64,000 bases of DNA from Eledone cirrhosa (lineage: Eukaryota), in NCBI GenBank assembly GCA_964016885.1, contig OZ024759.1:7998001-8062000 (forward strand), read 5' to 3'. A program made the translations under genes and the position numbers. The notes below the pieces were generated by a model. It saw only the letters and a list, made by a program, of their open reading frames with translations. It was not told the DNA's origin and did no database searches. Each line of letters opens with the position of its first letter. The first letter of the stretch is position 1. Below, one piece after another: positions 41,330 through 53,872 of the stretch.

Positions 41330-41465
41330 CTAGCAGAAAAACCACTCGAACGGTGGTTTTTCTGCTAGTATATTTAAGGATTGTAACGTCCAGTTACCAT
41401 CGGTTCACACTCGAAGCTTAGTTTCCAGTAAGTATAGAGGTGTAGTACTAAGCAGAGTGTAATAG

Positions 41466-41498
<33 letters not shown>

Positions 41499-41503
<5 letters not shown>

Positions 41504-41780
41504 TGTACGCTTGGCATTTGCGGAATTTTCCTCAGAACCTAACTAATAATTATTCGTGGAAACCACCTCATATTCATGGAATCGTAAATATTTTCTGCGA
41601 TTTTTTTATGGCTTTCTTTGTGGCAATATATATTTTTTTAACGTTAAATTATTAACAATATACAGTATTTGCCGGCCTATTGGATGCCCCTATTATTTAT
41701 AGGCATTTTTATGGACCACGTCCAATATTGGCGGGTGCCCTAGGAACAGAACTCCCGTGAATACTGGGAGACAACTTTAT
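41499..41780. mobile_element. Possible degenerate Tc1/pogo-type MITE
   Basis: Starts TA-cagtgtacgcttggcatttgcgg after (TA)n; ends ccgtgaatactgggagacaactttata with weak inverted similarity. Confidence 0.35.
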
Positions 41781-42234
41781 ATTTAAAACAAAGATTTAAT
41801 ATAGAAAAGGCTAAACCTTTTCTATATTAAATCTTTGTTGTTCTCACTCTACTTATGTATTGAGTACCTTATTTACTGTGGTTACCCCCCCCCCCCCACC
41901 CACCCCACCCCCGATCCTATCCAGGTTCAAAATATAAATATATATATATATATAAAAGAAAAACAAAATGATGATTAAATGATGAATGTTCAATATGAAT
42001 GGAATCACCTAACACCCCTTATCTTCAGAATGAGCATTGCCTATTTTTTAAAAACTGTTTTTGAACTTATGACAAACTAGAACAGAGCTTCATGTATTGA
42101 CTAAATATCTATACTAAATATCATTCAGTTACACAACAAAAATATTATATATTTATTGATCTTTTTTTGTTTGTTTTTCAATTTATTTAACAGCAAATAG
42201 TATGTCTGAACTTATAAATTAAAATACTTTTCAC

Positions 42235-42266
<32 letters not shown>

Positions 42267-44064
42267 CACATACATTCATACATAGGTGTATATGTAACAT
42301 ACACACACCTGTGTGTGTATGTAAAATGTCGATAAATTTGTAACAGCTGCCATATAATAATTGCTTGTATGATGCAATAGTGTGAAGCTCATCCAAGCTT
42401 TCAAGTTTTCTCATCTTCCCACAATCGTATTTGAAGCAAGTAGTTTTTTTTTTTTTTTTTTTTTTTTACCAATAGTTGTTATAGGTAGGTTTGATAAGTT
42501 TGCAATTTTTCAGACAAGAAATGAATTTTTTTTTCTCTTAAACATATTTTACATCCACTCCCAAATTCTGGAATTCCAGTTGACAGTTAAACCATCCTAA
42601 CTCTAAACTATCCCTGTTTCTATCATACAAAACCATAGTTTATATTTCAATCTAGGCCATCAGTTTCCTGTTAGTAAAAGCTGTTAAAACTATTCCAAGC
42701 AGCAACTTAAAGATAAAAGAATGTTATATTTACTAAACCTCTCAAATTTCATGATTAATTTCAAAGTTAATAGAAAATCTTTGTAATTTAGATGTCTGGT
42801 TTGTCTATATTACCGTTATCAATCAAAAATGTTTGTTACGATAGTTTAGCAATATTTATATTATGTTTATCTAAATTAACCCCCTTGAAATCAACATACA
42901 TGAAGCTACCAGGTATCACTAGACATTTGACTGGTGGTACACTTGTCCCCGTATCTTGTACAGCCAGTTGTTGGGGTGTCACTCTAGTGTCTATCATGGC
43001 ATTTTAGTGCCTGGCAGTGTCCAGTCCCCCACTAATTTTAGCCAGCCACCATAAGCAGTTCTTGGGGTGTGGCTCCAAAAAATGTCCCAAAACCAAAAGT
43101 GAAAGTTAGGTGAGAACCTGTGTGCCCACCATCCCTAAGGATACCACTGCCAGACATCAAGGAATTCTCTCTACCCAAACACCCTGGTTTTGAGATCTTT
43201 CTTCAGATCTTGGATAACAGTACTTCTGCTATTCCAATAATGTATCTGCAACCCCCCCCCCCACAAAAAAAAAAGAACAGTAGTATATTTTGTAAAAAAC
43301 GTTTCTAAAGTCATCTTCTAAATACTAACTTCATGAGAAGTTAGTTATATTACCAAATTTAGTTTACTTTAAAATTGAAAATAATAGGCAGTATATTTAA
43401 TAAAAAATATGGTAATAAAATGATCATTTTGATACCAACCCTGCCAAAACTGCCTCTGGTCTTCTGAAACAAAACTAACCATTTTAAACAGTCCCGATTT
43501 AAATTAAAATCTTCCAACATAATTTTATGTAAGAACTATATGTTAAGTTACTATCTGAGCAGTAAATCCTTCAAAATTCTTCCTTAATTAATTGAAATAA
43601 AGTATATTTCATAAGAAATATGATCATGAAAGTGTTCAATACTTCAAATATATTTTATATGACAAACAAATAAAATCCCTTCTCTAGATGACCAACAGAT
43701 TATCCCCACTTAACATCTGTAGATGTAAATATTCAGAATATTTTACAAAAACAAAAAATGCTTTGTTTAGGAAGAAAAAAATATTTCCAAAGTTCTGAAA
43801 AATTGGTCTCAATTTTTTTTTTTTTTTTTTGAAGAATTGTTTTAAAAACCCATTTTATAAAAAAAAAAAAAAAGCAACAACTGAAATGTTCTCATTTTTT
43901 AAAATAACCCTGCCACCAACCACCATATTTTATAGAATTCAGAAAGCTTCATTCAAACTCACACAAGAAAAAAAAAAAAAAAAAAAAGCATTTTATAAAA
44001 CATTAACTTGCTTCCTAAAATATAATTGTTGTTTAGCTGAGGTGAGGTCCTTTTATCAAGCTAC

Positions 44065-44257
44065 TTAACCCTTTAGCATTTAAACTGTATTCATCCAGAA
44101 TTCTCTTATCTCTTTCTCTTCAAACTGTAACTGGCTGGTCATACTAGGGTCTCAAAATAAATATCAAAATCTCATAGATTTAATATTATGTGAGGTAAAG
44201 CCTTTACCACAAAAATACAAAAGTAAATATAAAGTAATGTAAATGGTAAAGGGTTAA
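44065..44257. mobile_element. piggyBac-like MITE
   Basis: TTAA-ccctttagcattta ... taaatggtaaaggg-TTAA: 14-bp TIR (1 mismatch), CCC/GGG ends, TTAA flanks. Confidence 0.75.
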
Positions 44258-44832
44258 GTTGCTTCATAAAATATAATTATTTAGCCCTAGGTCAGGTCCT
44301 TTTATCAAGCAAATGAAGTGTTGTTTAGTAAACATGATCCAAAAGTAAAAAGTAAATTCAGCCAATAAATATAACCAATCCATATTAAACCCCTCTCAAA
44401 GTGTATATGTATATCTAGGACTACATTATTCAATGTGTCATGTCTTTCTTTTTGTTTTGTTTTGTTTTTGTGTTGTTTTTAAATAGAGTGTGACATAGTT
44501 TAGTTTGGTTGCTATTTCTAGCAGGTCAATCGACCATACATAAACTCCCCTCACTAACTCAAATGTTGTTTTTTAACGCCAGCCTATCCCTCAACAGGTA
44601 GACCTAGACCCTGATATTTTATCTAAGTTTGGGGGTTTATTTTTTGTTTTTTGAATACTACTACTACTACATTGTCTAATATGTTCCTACATTTAAAGAA
44701 TGGCTGCTATTTCTAGCGGGGTCAAGCGACTATACAGAGAGACTTTACCATTGGCTGGTGAAGGAAGAGGAAGAAGGGAACTAGTGGCAGATAGAGAGGG
44801 GGATTTAACAAAGGCACTACGGAAATAGGTGG

Positions 44833-44874
<42 letters not shown>

Positions 44875-45104
44875 CATTTTTGAAAAGCAAAATATATGAA
44901 AGATAAATAGCATTCTGTATTAGTGTGTATTAGTGGAAATTTGGCTGCTATTTCTAGCAGGCTAAGTGGCTCTGTAGAGGCTTCCTTATTCACTTGTCAC
45001 AATTATGTGAAGTGCTTTGTGTGTATATGTATGTTTGTGTATGTATGTATATGTATGCATCTTTATGCTATGGTGTGTGTGTGTGTTTGTATGTATATAT
45101 GTAT

Positions 45105-45589
45105 GTTATATCAGAGTATTCCTTCTCCTAGAATTCTGCCTTGACAAAGGCTAAGGGGTCATCTCTCCCGGTGATTTTGGATGGCCATTGACTCTTAAGA
45201 GCTCCTTTGCCCGGTTTTGTTTTTAGTCCTGCAGGATGTCCAAAGTCATCCTGATGGTATCCAATGATGTTGACTTGGTCTTCTTTTTGGTAAATATCAT
45301 CTTGGTTAAGAGCGTGGGACTGGCTTTGTGCAGTGCCTTTGCTCACTATAAAAGCTTCACGGCACAGGCATTGCTTTATATCTGGAGATCTCTCTGCACT
45401 TGTCATCACATGGTACCATGGGCCCAGCACTATGTGTCAATAATTGTCACAAGTGTAGTGTTTGTACCAGAGTTATCAAGTCACTGGCTGGACTAAAAAG
45501 TCATACTCGTTCAGCGCATCAGTAGGGGTTCTCCTACATGGATATAAAGTAGTGGCCGTACTCGAAAACGAGTTGGCAGCCACCACCAT
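45105..45589 (+). mobile_element. Family C RTE-derived retroposon with inverted 5' segment
   Basis: Body 45250-45589 matches 34678-35010; 45105-45249 is the reverse complement of the element's 5' region. Confidence 0.8.
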
Positions 45590-46081
45590 GTATGTATGTA
45601 TGTATGTATGTATGTATGTATGTATGTATGTGTGTATGTATGTATGTATGTATGTTCTCGTTTTATAATTTCCCAAATTTTTGCCAATAGAGAGAGAGTC
45701 GGTTTCTAACATAGACACAAGACTCTCTCATTGGAATTTACACAACATCAACTAGGTAGATATGTCTGTATGTGTAGATATGGATGTTATTGTATGTGTG
45801 GATGCGTATATTTTGAGTTGTATGTGTGCATGTGTATATGCTTTGTATCTGTACATGTGTATATGCAGTTATTAGATGCAACATTTTTGGAATGTTTTAC
45901 ATATTTTTACTGTTCCATTAATGGATTGTACTTGTAGTTTCCTAACTAGTTGTGTTCTTTCTGTTCCTGTGAAGCCCAGCTTCTCAAGATTTGTATATCT
46001 GTGTGTATGTATGTATATGTATGCATCTCTATGCTATAGTGTATGTGTGTGTTTGTATGTATATATGTATGTGTGTATGTA

Positions 46082-46118
<37 letters not shown>

Positions 46119-46331
46119 ATGTATATATATATATATATGTGTGTATGTATGTATATATGTATGTATATATGTATGTGTGTATGTATATAAATATATATAT
46201 ATATATATGTGTGTGTGTATGTATATATATATATATATATGTGTATATATATATATATATGTATGTGTGTGTATGTATGTACTACAGTGTGTGTTTTGGT
46301 TTTTCTATTCACCATTTGCTTATGCTTACCA

Positions 46332-46355
46332 TAGTAGTAGTAGTAGTAGTAGTAA

Positions 46356-46387
<32 letters not shown>

Positions 46388-46523
46388 ATAGTAGTAGTAG
46401 TAGTAGTAGTAGTAATAGTAATAGTAGTAGTAGTAGTAGTAATAGTAGTAGTAGTAGTAGTAGTAATAGTAGTAGATGTAGTAGTAGTAGTAGTAATAGT
46501 AGTAGTAGTAGTAGTAGTAGTAA

Positions 46524-46561
<38 letters not shown>

Positions 46562-46645
46562 ATAGTAGTAGTAATAGTAGTAGTAGTAGTAGCAGTAGTA
46601 GTAGTAATAGTAGTAGTAGTAGTAGCAGTAGTAGTAGTAATAGTA
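46332..46645. repeat. (TAG)n trinucleotide microsatellite
   Basis: About 100 agt/aat units. Confidence 0.97.
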
Positions 46646-46707
46646 GATGTTGTTGTTGAAGGTTTAAAAAAAAAAACTAAATAAAGTTAAAATGTCAAGT
46701 ATCTTTA

Positions 46708-46772
46708 TTATGATTTCTTCTTCTCTTCCGGGACCACCATCAACAGCTTCTGCAGTATACAGGTCCCTTTAT
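46708..46772 (-). CDS. SLC7 L-type amino acid transporter, terminal coding exon
   Basis: Acceptor ttgtAG at 46774-46773; phase 1 matches the previous exon; DKGTCILQKLLMVVPEEKKKS* resembles the LAT C-terminal T..LQKL..VV motif; TAA at 46710-46708. Confidence 0.85.
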
Positions 46773-46829
46773 CTACAATCACAAAAGCATTGTTATTTAT
46801 ATATTAAGAAAAAATATTCTAATGTAATA

Positions 46830-47395
46830 ATAATTGTTTCTACTATAGGAAAGTGGATTAAATTGGCCCCTGTGTATTACTGGTACTTTATTTTATCAAC
46901 CCCGTAAGGATGAAAGGCAAAGGCCGTAACTCTGTCTATGCGTGAAAGCATGGCGTCCAACCCTCTACCGATACTGCCAAGCCACCACCCTAGCATGGCG
47001 TCCGACCCTCTACCGATACTGCCAAGCCACCACCCTAACATGGTGTCCGACCCTCTACCGATACTGTCAATCCACCACCCTAGCATGGCGTCCGACCCTC
47101 TACCGATACTGCCAATCCACCGCCCTAACATGGTGTCCGACCCTCTACCAATATTGCCAATCCACCACCCTAACATGGTGTCAGACCCTCTACCGATACT
47201 GCCAATCCACCGCCCTAACATGGTGTCAGACCCTCTACCGATACTGCCAATCCACCACCCTAGCATGGTGTCAGACCCTCTACCGATACTGCCAATCCAC
47301 CACCCTAACATGGTGTCAGACCCTCTACCAATACTGTCAATCCACCACACTAGTATGGTGTCAGACCCTCTACCGATACTGCCAATCCACCGCCC
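46830..47395 (-). repeat. Family-B SINE with 45-bp minisatellite (~10 copies) of its own head
   Basis: catgg(c/t)gtc(c/a)gaccctctaccgatactgccaatccacc(a/g)cccta(a/g) repeats from ~46949, continuous with a SINE-B body. Confidence 0.9.
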
Positions 47396-47931
47396 TTTTG
47401 TAATTGTAATATAATAATAATGCTTTCTGATTTAGGCAAAAGGCTTGGGAACAATTTAATGGTACTTTATTTTATTGACCCCATAAGGGTGAAAGGCAAA
47501 GCTAACCTTGGCGGGAATTAAACTCAGAGCATAAAGGGCCGTAACTCTGTGCCGTAAAGCATTGTCCAACGCTCTACTGATACTGCCAATAATAATGGTT
47601 TCTGATTTAGCGGTAGGGAAAAGTTGGTTAAACCAACCCCAGTGTGTTACTGGTACTTTATTTTATCAACCCCCATGGGGATTTGAAATTAGAACATAAA
47701 GTTAGAACTTTGTGAAGCAGGTTACTCAACGCATTGCACTTATTATTAAAAATAATAATTGTTCGTAAACAATAAAAATTGAGAGAAAATACCCCAATGG
47801 TGGTGAATAAGAAACATCCAGGGACTGAATGTAGTAAAACCTACAAAACACCAGTTTCTATGTGAAGGTGTCTTCAATAAATAGACCTTGAATCACCCTG
47901 TTGGTCACTGTAGACTTAGAAAAGAATATAC

Positions 47932-49547
47932 TCTAAAGTCTCTCTCCCACAAAAGACTGCCCACACTAGATATACTCAGTACAGTCTAAGGTCTCCCTCC
48001 CACAAGAGACTGCCCACACTAGATATACTCAGTACTGTCTAAGGTCTCTCTCCCACAAGAGACTGCCCACACTAGATATACTCAGTACTGTCTAAGGTCT
48101 CTCTCCCACAAGAGACTGCCCACACTAGATATACTCAGTACTGTCTAAGGTCTCTCTCCCACAAGAGACTGCCCTCACTAGATATACTCAGTACTATCTA
48201 AGGTCTCTCTCCCACAAGAGACTGCCCACACTAGATATACTCAGTACTATCTAAGGTCTCTCTCCCACAAGAGACTGCCCACACTAGATATACTCAGTAC
48301 TGTCTAAGGTCTCTCTCCCACAAGAGACTGCCCACACTAGATATACTCAGTACTGTCTAAGGTCTCTCTCCCACAAGAGACTGCCCACACTAGATATACT
48401 CAGTACTGTCTAAGGTCTCTCTCCCACAAGAGACTGCCCCCACTAGATATACTCAGTACTGTCTAAGGTCTCTCTCCCACAAGAGACTGCCCTCACTAGA
48501 TATACTCAGTACTGTCTAAGGTCTCTCTCCCACAAGAGACTGCCCACACTAGATATACTCAGTACTGTCTAAGGTCACACTCCCACAAGAGACTACCCAC
48601 ACTAGATATACTCAGTACTGTCTAAAGTCTCTCTCCCACAAAAGACTGCCCACACTAGATATACTCAGTACTGTCTAAGGTCTCTCTCCCACAAGAGACT
48701 GCCCACACTAGATATACTCAGTACTGTCTAAGTCTCTCTCCCACAAGAGACTGCCCACACTAGATATACTCAGTACTGTCTAAGGTCTCTCTCCCACAAG
48801 AGACTGCCCTCACTAGATATACTTAGTACTGTCTAAGGTCTCTCTCCCACAAGAGACTGCCCTCACTAGATATACTCAGTACTGTCTAAGGTCTCTCTCC
48901 CACAAGAGACTGCCCTCACTAGATATACTCAGTACTGTCTAAGGTCTCTCTCCCACAAGAGACTGCCCTCACTAGATATACTCAGTACTGTCTAAGGTCT
49001 CTCTCCCACAAGAGACTGCCCTCACTAGATATACTCAGTACTGTCTAAGGTCTCTCTCCCACAAGAGACTGCCCTCACTAGATATACTCAGTACAGTCTA
49101 AGGTCTCTCTCCCACAAGAGACTGCCCACACTAGATATACTCAGTACTGTCTAAGGTCACACTCCCACAAGAGACTGCCCTCACTAGACATACTCAGTAC
49201 TGTCTAAGGTCTCTCTCCCACAAGAGACTGCCCACACTAGATATACTCAGTACTGTCTAAGGTCTCTCTCCCACAAGAGACTGCCCACACTAGATATACT
49301 CAGTACTGTCTAAGGTCTCTCTCCCACAAGAGACTGCCCACACTAGATATACTCAGTACTGTCTAAGGTCTCTCTCCCACAAGAGACTGCCCTCACTAGA
49401 TATACTCAGTACTGTCTAAGGTCTCTCTCTCACAAGAGACTGCCCTCACTAGATATACTCAGTACTGTCTAAGGTCTCTCTCCCACAAAAGACTGCCCTC
49501 ACTAGATATACTCAGTACTGTCTAAGGTCTCTCTCCCACAAGAGACT
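47932..49547. repeat. 53-bp minisatellite, ~30 copies (SLC7 intron)
   Basis: tctaaggtctctctcccacaagagactgcc(c/t)cactagatatactcagtactg-type unit; period 53 measured. Confidence 0.96.
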
Positions 49548-49736
49548 ACATCAACAATAGAAATACCAATGGAAACCTGGTTTCCTTGGTCCACTCTAAT
49601 CATCAGATATTTTCCTTTCTTCTACAAACTGACAGATAGTATCAGCAATAGAAAGATCAATGGAAACACAGATTCTTTAGTCCACTCTAATGATCAGCAC
49701 CTTTCCTTTTTTTCTATGATATTAAATATATATATG

Positions 49737-50163
49737 AAGGCGCATGGCTTAGTAGTTAGAGCATTGGGCTTGCAATCGAAAGGTTGTGAGTTCAATTCTC
49801 AGACCGGGTGATGTGTTGTTTCCTTGAGCAAGACACTTTATTTCACATTGCTCCAGTTTACTCAGCTGTAGAAATGAGATGATAGGACTGGGGTCCCTAT
49901 CATACCACTGCAAAGTGGCCGTGGGGGTGCTACTGCAAAAAAGCACCCAGCCCACACTGCAAAGTGGTCGTGGAGGTGCCACGGAAATAAAGCACCCAGC
50001 ACTCACTGTAAATGAGGTTGGTGTTAGGAAGGGCATCCAGCTGTAGAAATCAAGCCAGAATCAGTTCCCGTATGAGCAAGATAAGGTCAGCTGACAGGAC
50101 ACTGCCCACAACCGGACAACCCGTCTAACCCATGCTAGCGTGGAAGAACGGTGATGATGATGA
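49737..50163 (+). mobile_element. tRNA-derived SINE family A (variant tail, duplicated middle unit)
   Basis: Family A head and core; tail acaacccgtctaacccatgctagcgtggaagaacgg(tga)n. Confidence 0.88.
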
Positions 50164-50285
50164 TAAATGTGTATGTTTCAACACACATTTCTTGCAGCTT
50201 CATTTAAAACATGTAACAGTTCCTACACTGATACATGAATTTCTAGAATAATTCAGCTGTTTGGGGGAGAATTTAATAAACTTAC

Positions 50286-50378
50286 CGATGGTATTTGTTA
50301 GGAATTTTGGTTTACTCTTCCAAGCCACAAAAATGAGATAAACAGGAATACCGCTGGCGATGATGAGGATACCAATAC
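50286..50378 (-). CDS. SLC7 amino acid transporter exon (TM12)
   Basis: tttcAG acceptor, GTAAGT donor, 93 bp, phase 1-1; GIGILIIASGIPVYLIFVAWKSKPKFLTNTI has the LAT G.P.Y...V.W..KP motif. Confidence 0.92.
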
Positions 50379-50678
50379 CTGAAATATGAGACAACAATAG
50401 AGGTGGGTAGCCTAGTGGTTAGGGTGTTGAACTGAGGATTGTGGGTTTCATTCCTGGATCAGGCAGTCTGTTTGTTGTATGTGAAGGTGGCCCAATGCCA
50501 ACCACTTTACTGAGTGGACTGGGTAAGATGACAGTGATGGTGCCACAATAAAATGCACCCAGTCCACCCTGTAAAATGGAAGTATCACACACAAACATTT
50601 ATACATAAATATACAAACACACATACATACACACTCCCACCTAAGCAGATATTCTTTCTTCATAAGTCCTCCACTTAC

Positions 50679-50763
50679 CTGTCTCCATTGGTTTAGCATA
50701 TAGTGGTAGAATAATGAGTAGTATGGATCCAATGGTATAGATGATAGGCCAAATGAGAGCAAC
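50679..50763 (-). CDS. SLC7 amino acid transporter exon (TM11)
   Basis: ctacAG acceptor, GTAAGT donor, 85 bp, phase 0-1; VALIWPIIYTIGSILLIILPLYAKPMET. Confidence 0.92.
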
Positions 50764-50799
50764 CTGTAGAGATACAATTATATATATATAATTCAAATT

Positions 50800-51785
50800 T
50801 AAACTGGTCATATCCACCCAGAATTCTCCCACCTCTTTCTGTTCAAACCGGTCATATCCAGCCAGAATTCTCCCACCTCTTTCTGTTCAAACCGGTCATA
50901 TCCAGCCAGAATTCTCTCACTTCTTTCTGTTCAAACCGGTCATATCCAGCCAGAATTCTCCCACCTCTTTCTGTTCAAACCGGTCATATCCAGCCAGAAT
51001 TCTCTCACTTCTTTCTTTTCAAACCGGTCATATCCAGCCAGAATTCTCTCACCTCTTTCTTTTCAAACCGGTCATATCCACCCAGAATTCTCCCACCTCT
51101 TTCTGTTCAAACCGGTCATATCCAGCCAGAATTCTCTCACTTCTTTCTGTTCAAACCGGTCATATCCAGCCAGAATTCTCCCACCTCTTTCTGTTCAAAC
51201 CGGTCATATCCAGCCAGAATTCTGTCACCTCTTTCTGTTCAAACCGGTCATATCCAGCCAGAATTCTCTCACCTCTTTCTGTTCAAACCGGTCATATCCA
51301 GCCAGAATTCTGTCACTTCTTTCTTTTCAAACCGGTCATATCCAGCCAGAATTCTGTCACCTCTTTCTGTTCAAACCGGTCATATCCAGCCAGAATTCTG
51401 TCACCTCTTTCTGTTCAAACCGGTCATATCCAGCCAGAATTCTCTCACCCCTTTCTGTTCAAACCGGTCATATCCAGCCAGAATTCTCTCACCTCTTTCT
51501 TTTCAAACCGGTCATATCCAGCCAGAATTCTGTCACCTCTTTCTGTTCAAACCGGTCATATCCAGCCAGAATTCTGTCACCTCTTTCTGTTCAAACCGGT
51601 CATATCCAGCCAGAATTCTCTCACCCCTTTCTGTTCAAACCGGTCATATCCAGCCAGAATTCTCTCACCTCTTTCTGTTCAAACCGGTCATATCCACCCA
51701 GAATTCTGTCACCACTTTCTTTTCAAACCGGTCATATCCAGCTAGAATTCTCTCACCTTTCTGTTGAAACCGGTCATAACCAGCT
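50800..51785. repeat. 44-bp minisatellite, ~22 copies
   Basis: caaaccggtcatatccagccagaattct(c/g)(t/c)cacctctttct(g/t)tt; period 44. Confidence 0.96.
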
Positions 51786-51796
51786 GCTCATACATG

Positions 51797-52129
51797 TTAA
51801 CCCTTTAATATTTACATTACTCTATATTTACGATTATATTCTCACAGTAAAGGTTTTATCTCACATAATATCGAATCTATGAGATTTTGATATTATTTAT
51901 TTTCAGAACAATGTTTTAACATCAGTATGAGTAGCTGGTTGCAGCTGGTTTGAACAGAAAGAGGTGAGAGAATTCAGGCTGGATATTGTATTATTTTCAA
52001 AATATATATCAAAATAGATTCAATATTATCTCATAGATTCGATATTATCTGAAATACTTATGTGAAATAAAGTGTTTACCGTGAAAAGATAAAAGTAAAT
52101 ATAGAGTAATGTGAATGGTAAAGGGTTAA
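51797..52129. mobile_element. piggyBac-like MITE derivative with long inverted arms
   Basis: TTAA-ccctttaatatttacattactctatatttac ... gtaaatatagagtaatgtgaatggtaaaggg-TTAA; related to 44065-44257. Confidence 0.7.
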
Positions 52130-52442
52130 AAGATATATATAGAGAGAAAGAATTCTCTCACCTCTTTCTGTTGAAACCGGTCATATCCAGCTAGAATTCT
52201 CTCACCTTTCTGTTGAAACCGGTCATAACCAGCTGCTCATACATGTTAACCCTTTAATATTTACATTACTCTATATTTATTATATCGTTTGAGAAACACA
52301 CAGTATTTTGTACACATAAAGCAATTAATATTCAGTTAAATATACATACTTTAATGACTTTTTCCATCTTAAAGTATTTATATTTTCCTGAATATTATTT
52401 ACTTTATATTTCTCAAATGATATATGATTCTTTCTTTCTCTA

Positions 52443-53185
52443 TCATCATCATCATCATCATTTTACGTCCGCTTTTCCCTTCTTTACAAGGGTGGGACGG
52501 GAACTGATTCTGGCTTGATTTCTACAGCCCTTCCTAACACCAACCTCATTTACAGTGAGTGCTGGGTGCTTCTTTTGCCGTGGCACCTCCACGACACACT
52601 TTACAGTGTGGGCTGGGTGCTTTTTTGCCGTGGCACCTCCATGACCACTTTACAGTGGAATGATAGGGACCCCAGTCTCTATCATCTCATTTCTACAGCT
52701 GAGTAAACTGGAGCAATGTGAAATAAAGTGTCTTGCTCAAGGAAACAACACATCATCCGGTCTGAGAATTGAACTCACAACCTTTCAATTGCAAGGCCAA
52801 TGCTCTAACCACTAAGCCATGTACCTCTATAAATCTTTTAAATCTAAATTATTAATGCTCTGAACTGAGGTCCATGGAGCTTATTTATTGAGAAACATGA
52901 TCATCATACATATTAAATCATCATCATCATCATCACCGTTTTACGTCCGTTCTTCCACGCTAGCATGGGTTAGACGGGTTGTCCTGTTGTGGGCAGTGTC
53001 TGGTCGGCTGACCATGCCTTGCTCATACAGGAACTGATCTGGCTTGATTTCTACAGCTGGATGCCCTTCCTAACACCAACCTCATTTACAGTGAGTGCTG
53101 GGTGCTTTTTCGTGGCGCCTACACGTCCACTTTACAGTGTGGGCTGGGTGCTTTTTTGCCGTGGCACCTCCACGACCACCTTGTG
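52443..53185 (-). mobile_element. Two family-A SINE copies (one full, one partial)
   Basis: 52443-52828 is full; 52920-53185 is a 5'-truncated copy with the variant tail. Confidence 0.85.
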
Positions 53186-53426
53186 GTGGGGGGGGGGGGG
53201 GGGGGGGGGGCATATTGTTTATATGCTTCAGCATGTACCCTGTCAATACATATTAAATATGTATTGATACCTTAACATAGTATATGTGGAAATATGTGTG
53301 TATGTATGTGTATATATATAAATATGTGTGTGTATATGTGCGTGTGTACATATATATGTATGTGTGTATATATGTATATATATATATATATGTATGTGTG
53401 TGTATATATATATATATGTATGTGTG

Positions 53427-53466
<40 letters not shown>

Positions 53467-53532
53467 TATATGTATGTGTGTGTATATATATATATATGTG
53501 TGTGTGTGTATATATACATATATATGTGTGTG

Positions 53533-53840
53533 TCATCATCATCATCATCATCATCAAGGTTTAGCGTCCGTGTTCCACGCTTGCATGGGTTTGGACGGGG
53601 GTTTTCCCACTTGAGGCAAGAGTGGTTGTCTTGCTCGCATAGGACTGTCTGGTGGATTTTCTACAGCTGGATGCCCTTCCTAACACCAACCACGTTTACA
53701 GTGTGGACTGGGAGGTTTTTACCGTGTTGCCTACACGGCCACATTTACAGCGTGGACTGTGTGTTTTTTTGTCGTGACACCTACACGATCTCATTTGTTT
53801 CGGCCTGGATGTTGTGGCACCAACATAACTTTACATTGAA
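53533..53840 (-). mobile_element. RTE-related non-autonomous/SINE element
   Basis: (ATG)n tail, ccatgcaagcgtggaa motif and the shared ggatgcccttcctaacaccaacc segment. Confidence 0.7.
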
Positions 53841-53872
53841 AGGGGCGGTGTGGATGTGTATATATATATATA

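Noticed and set aside
38482-41421. ORFs of up to 522 aa
   Set aside because: Translation of a 57-bp tandem unit with periodic frameshifts; no domain or splice context.
44693-44913. Minus-strand ORFs as the SLC7 last exon
   Set aside because: They contain (TAGA)n/(GA)n repeats; a better in-phase terminal exon exists at 46708-46772.
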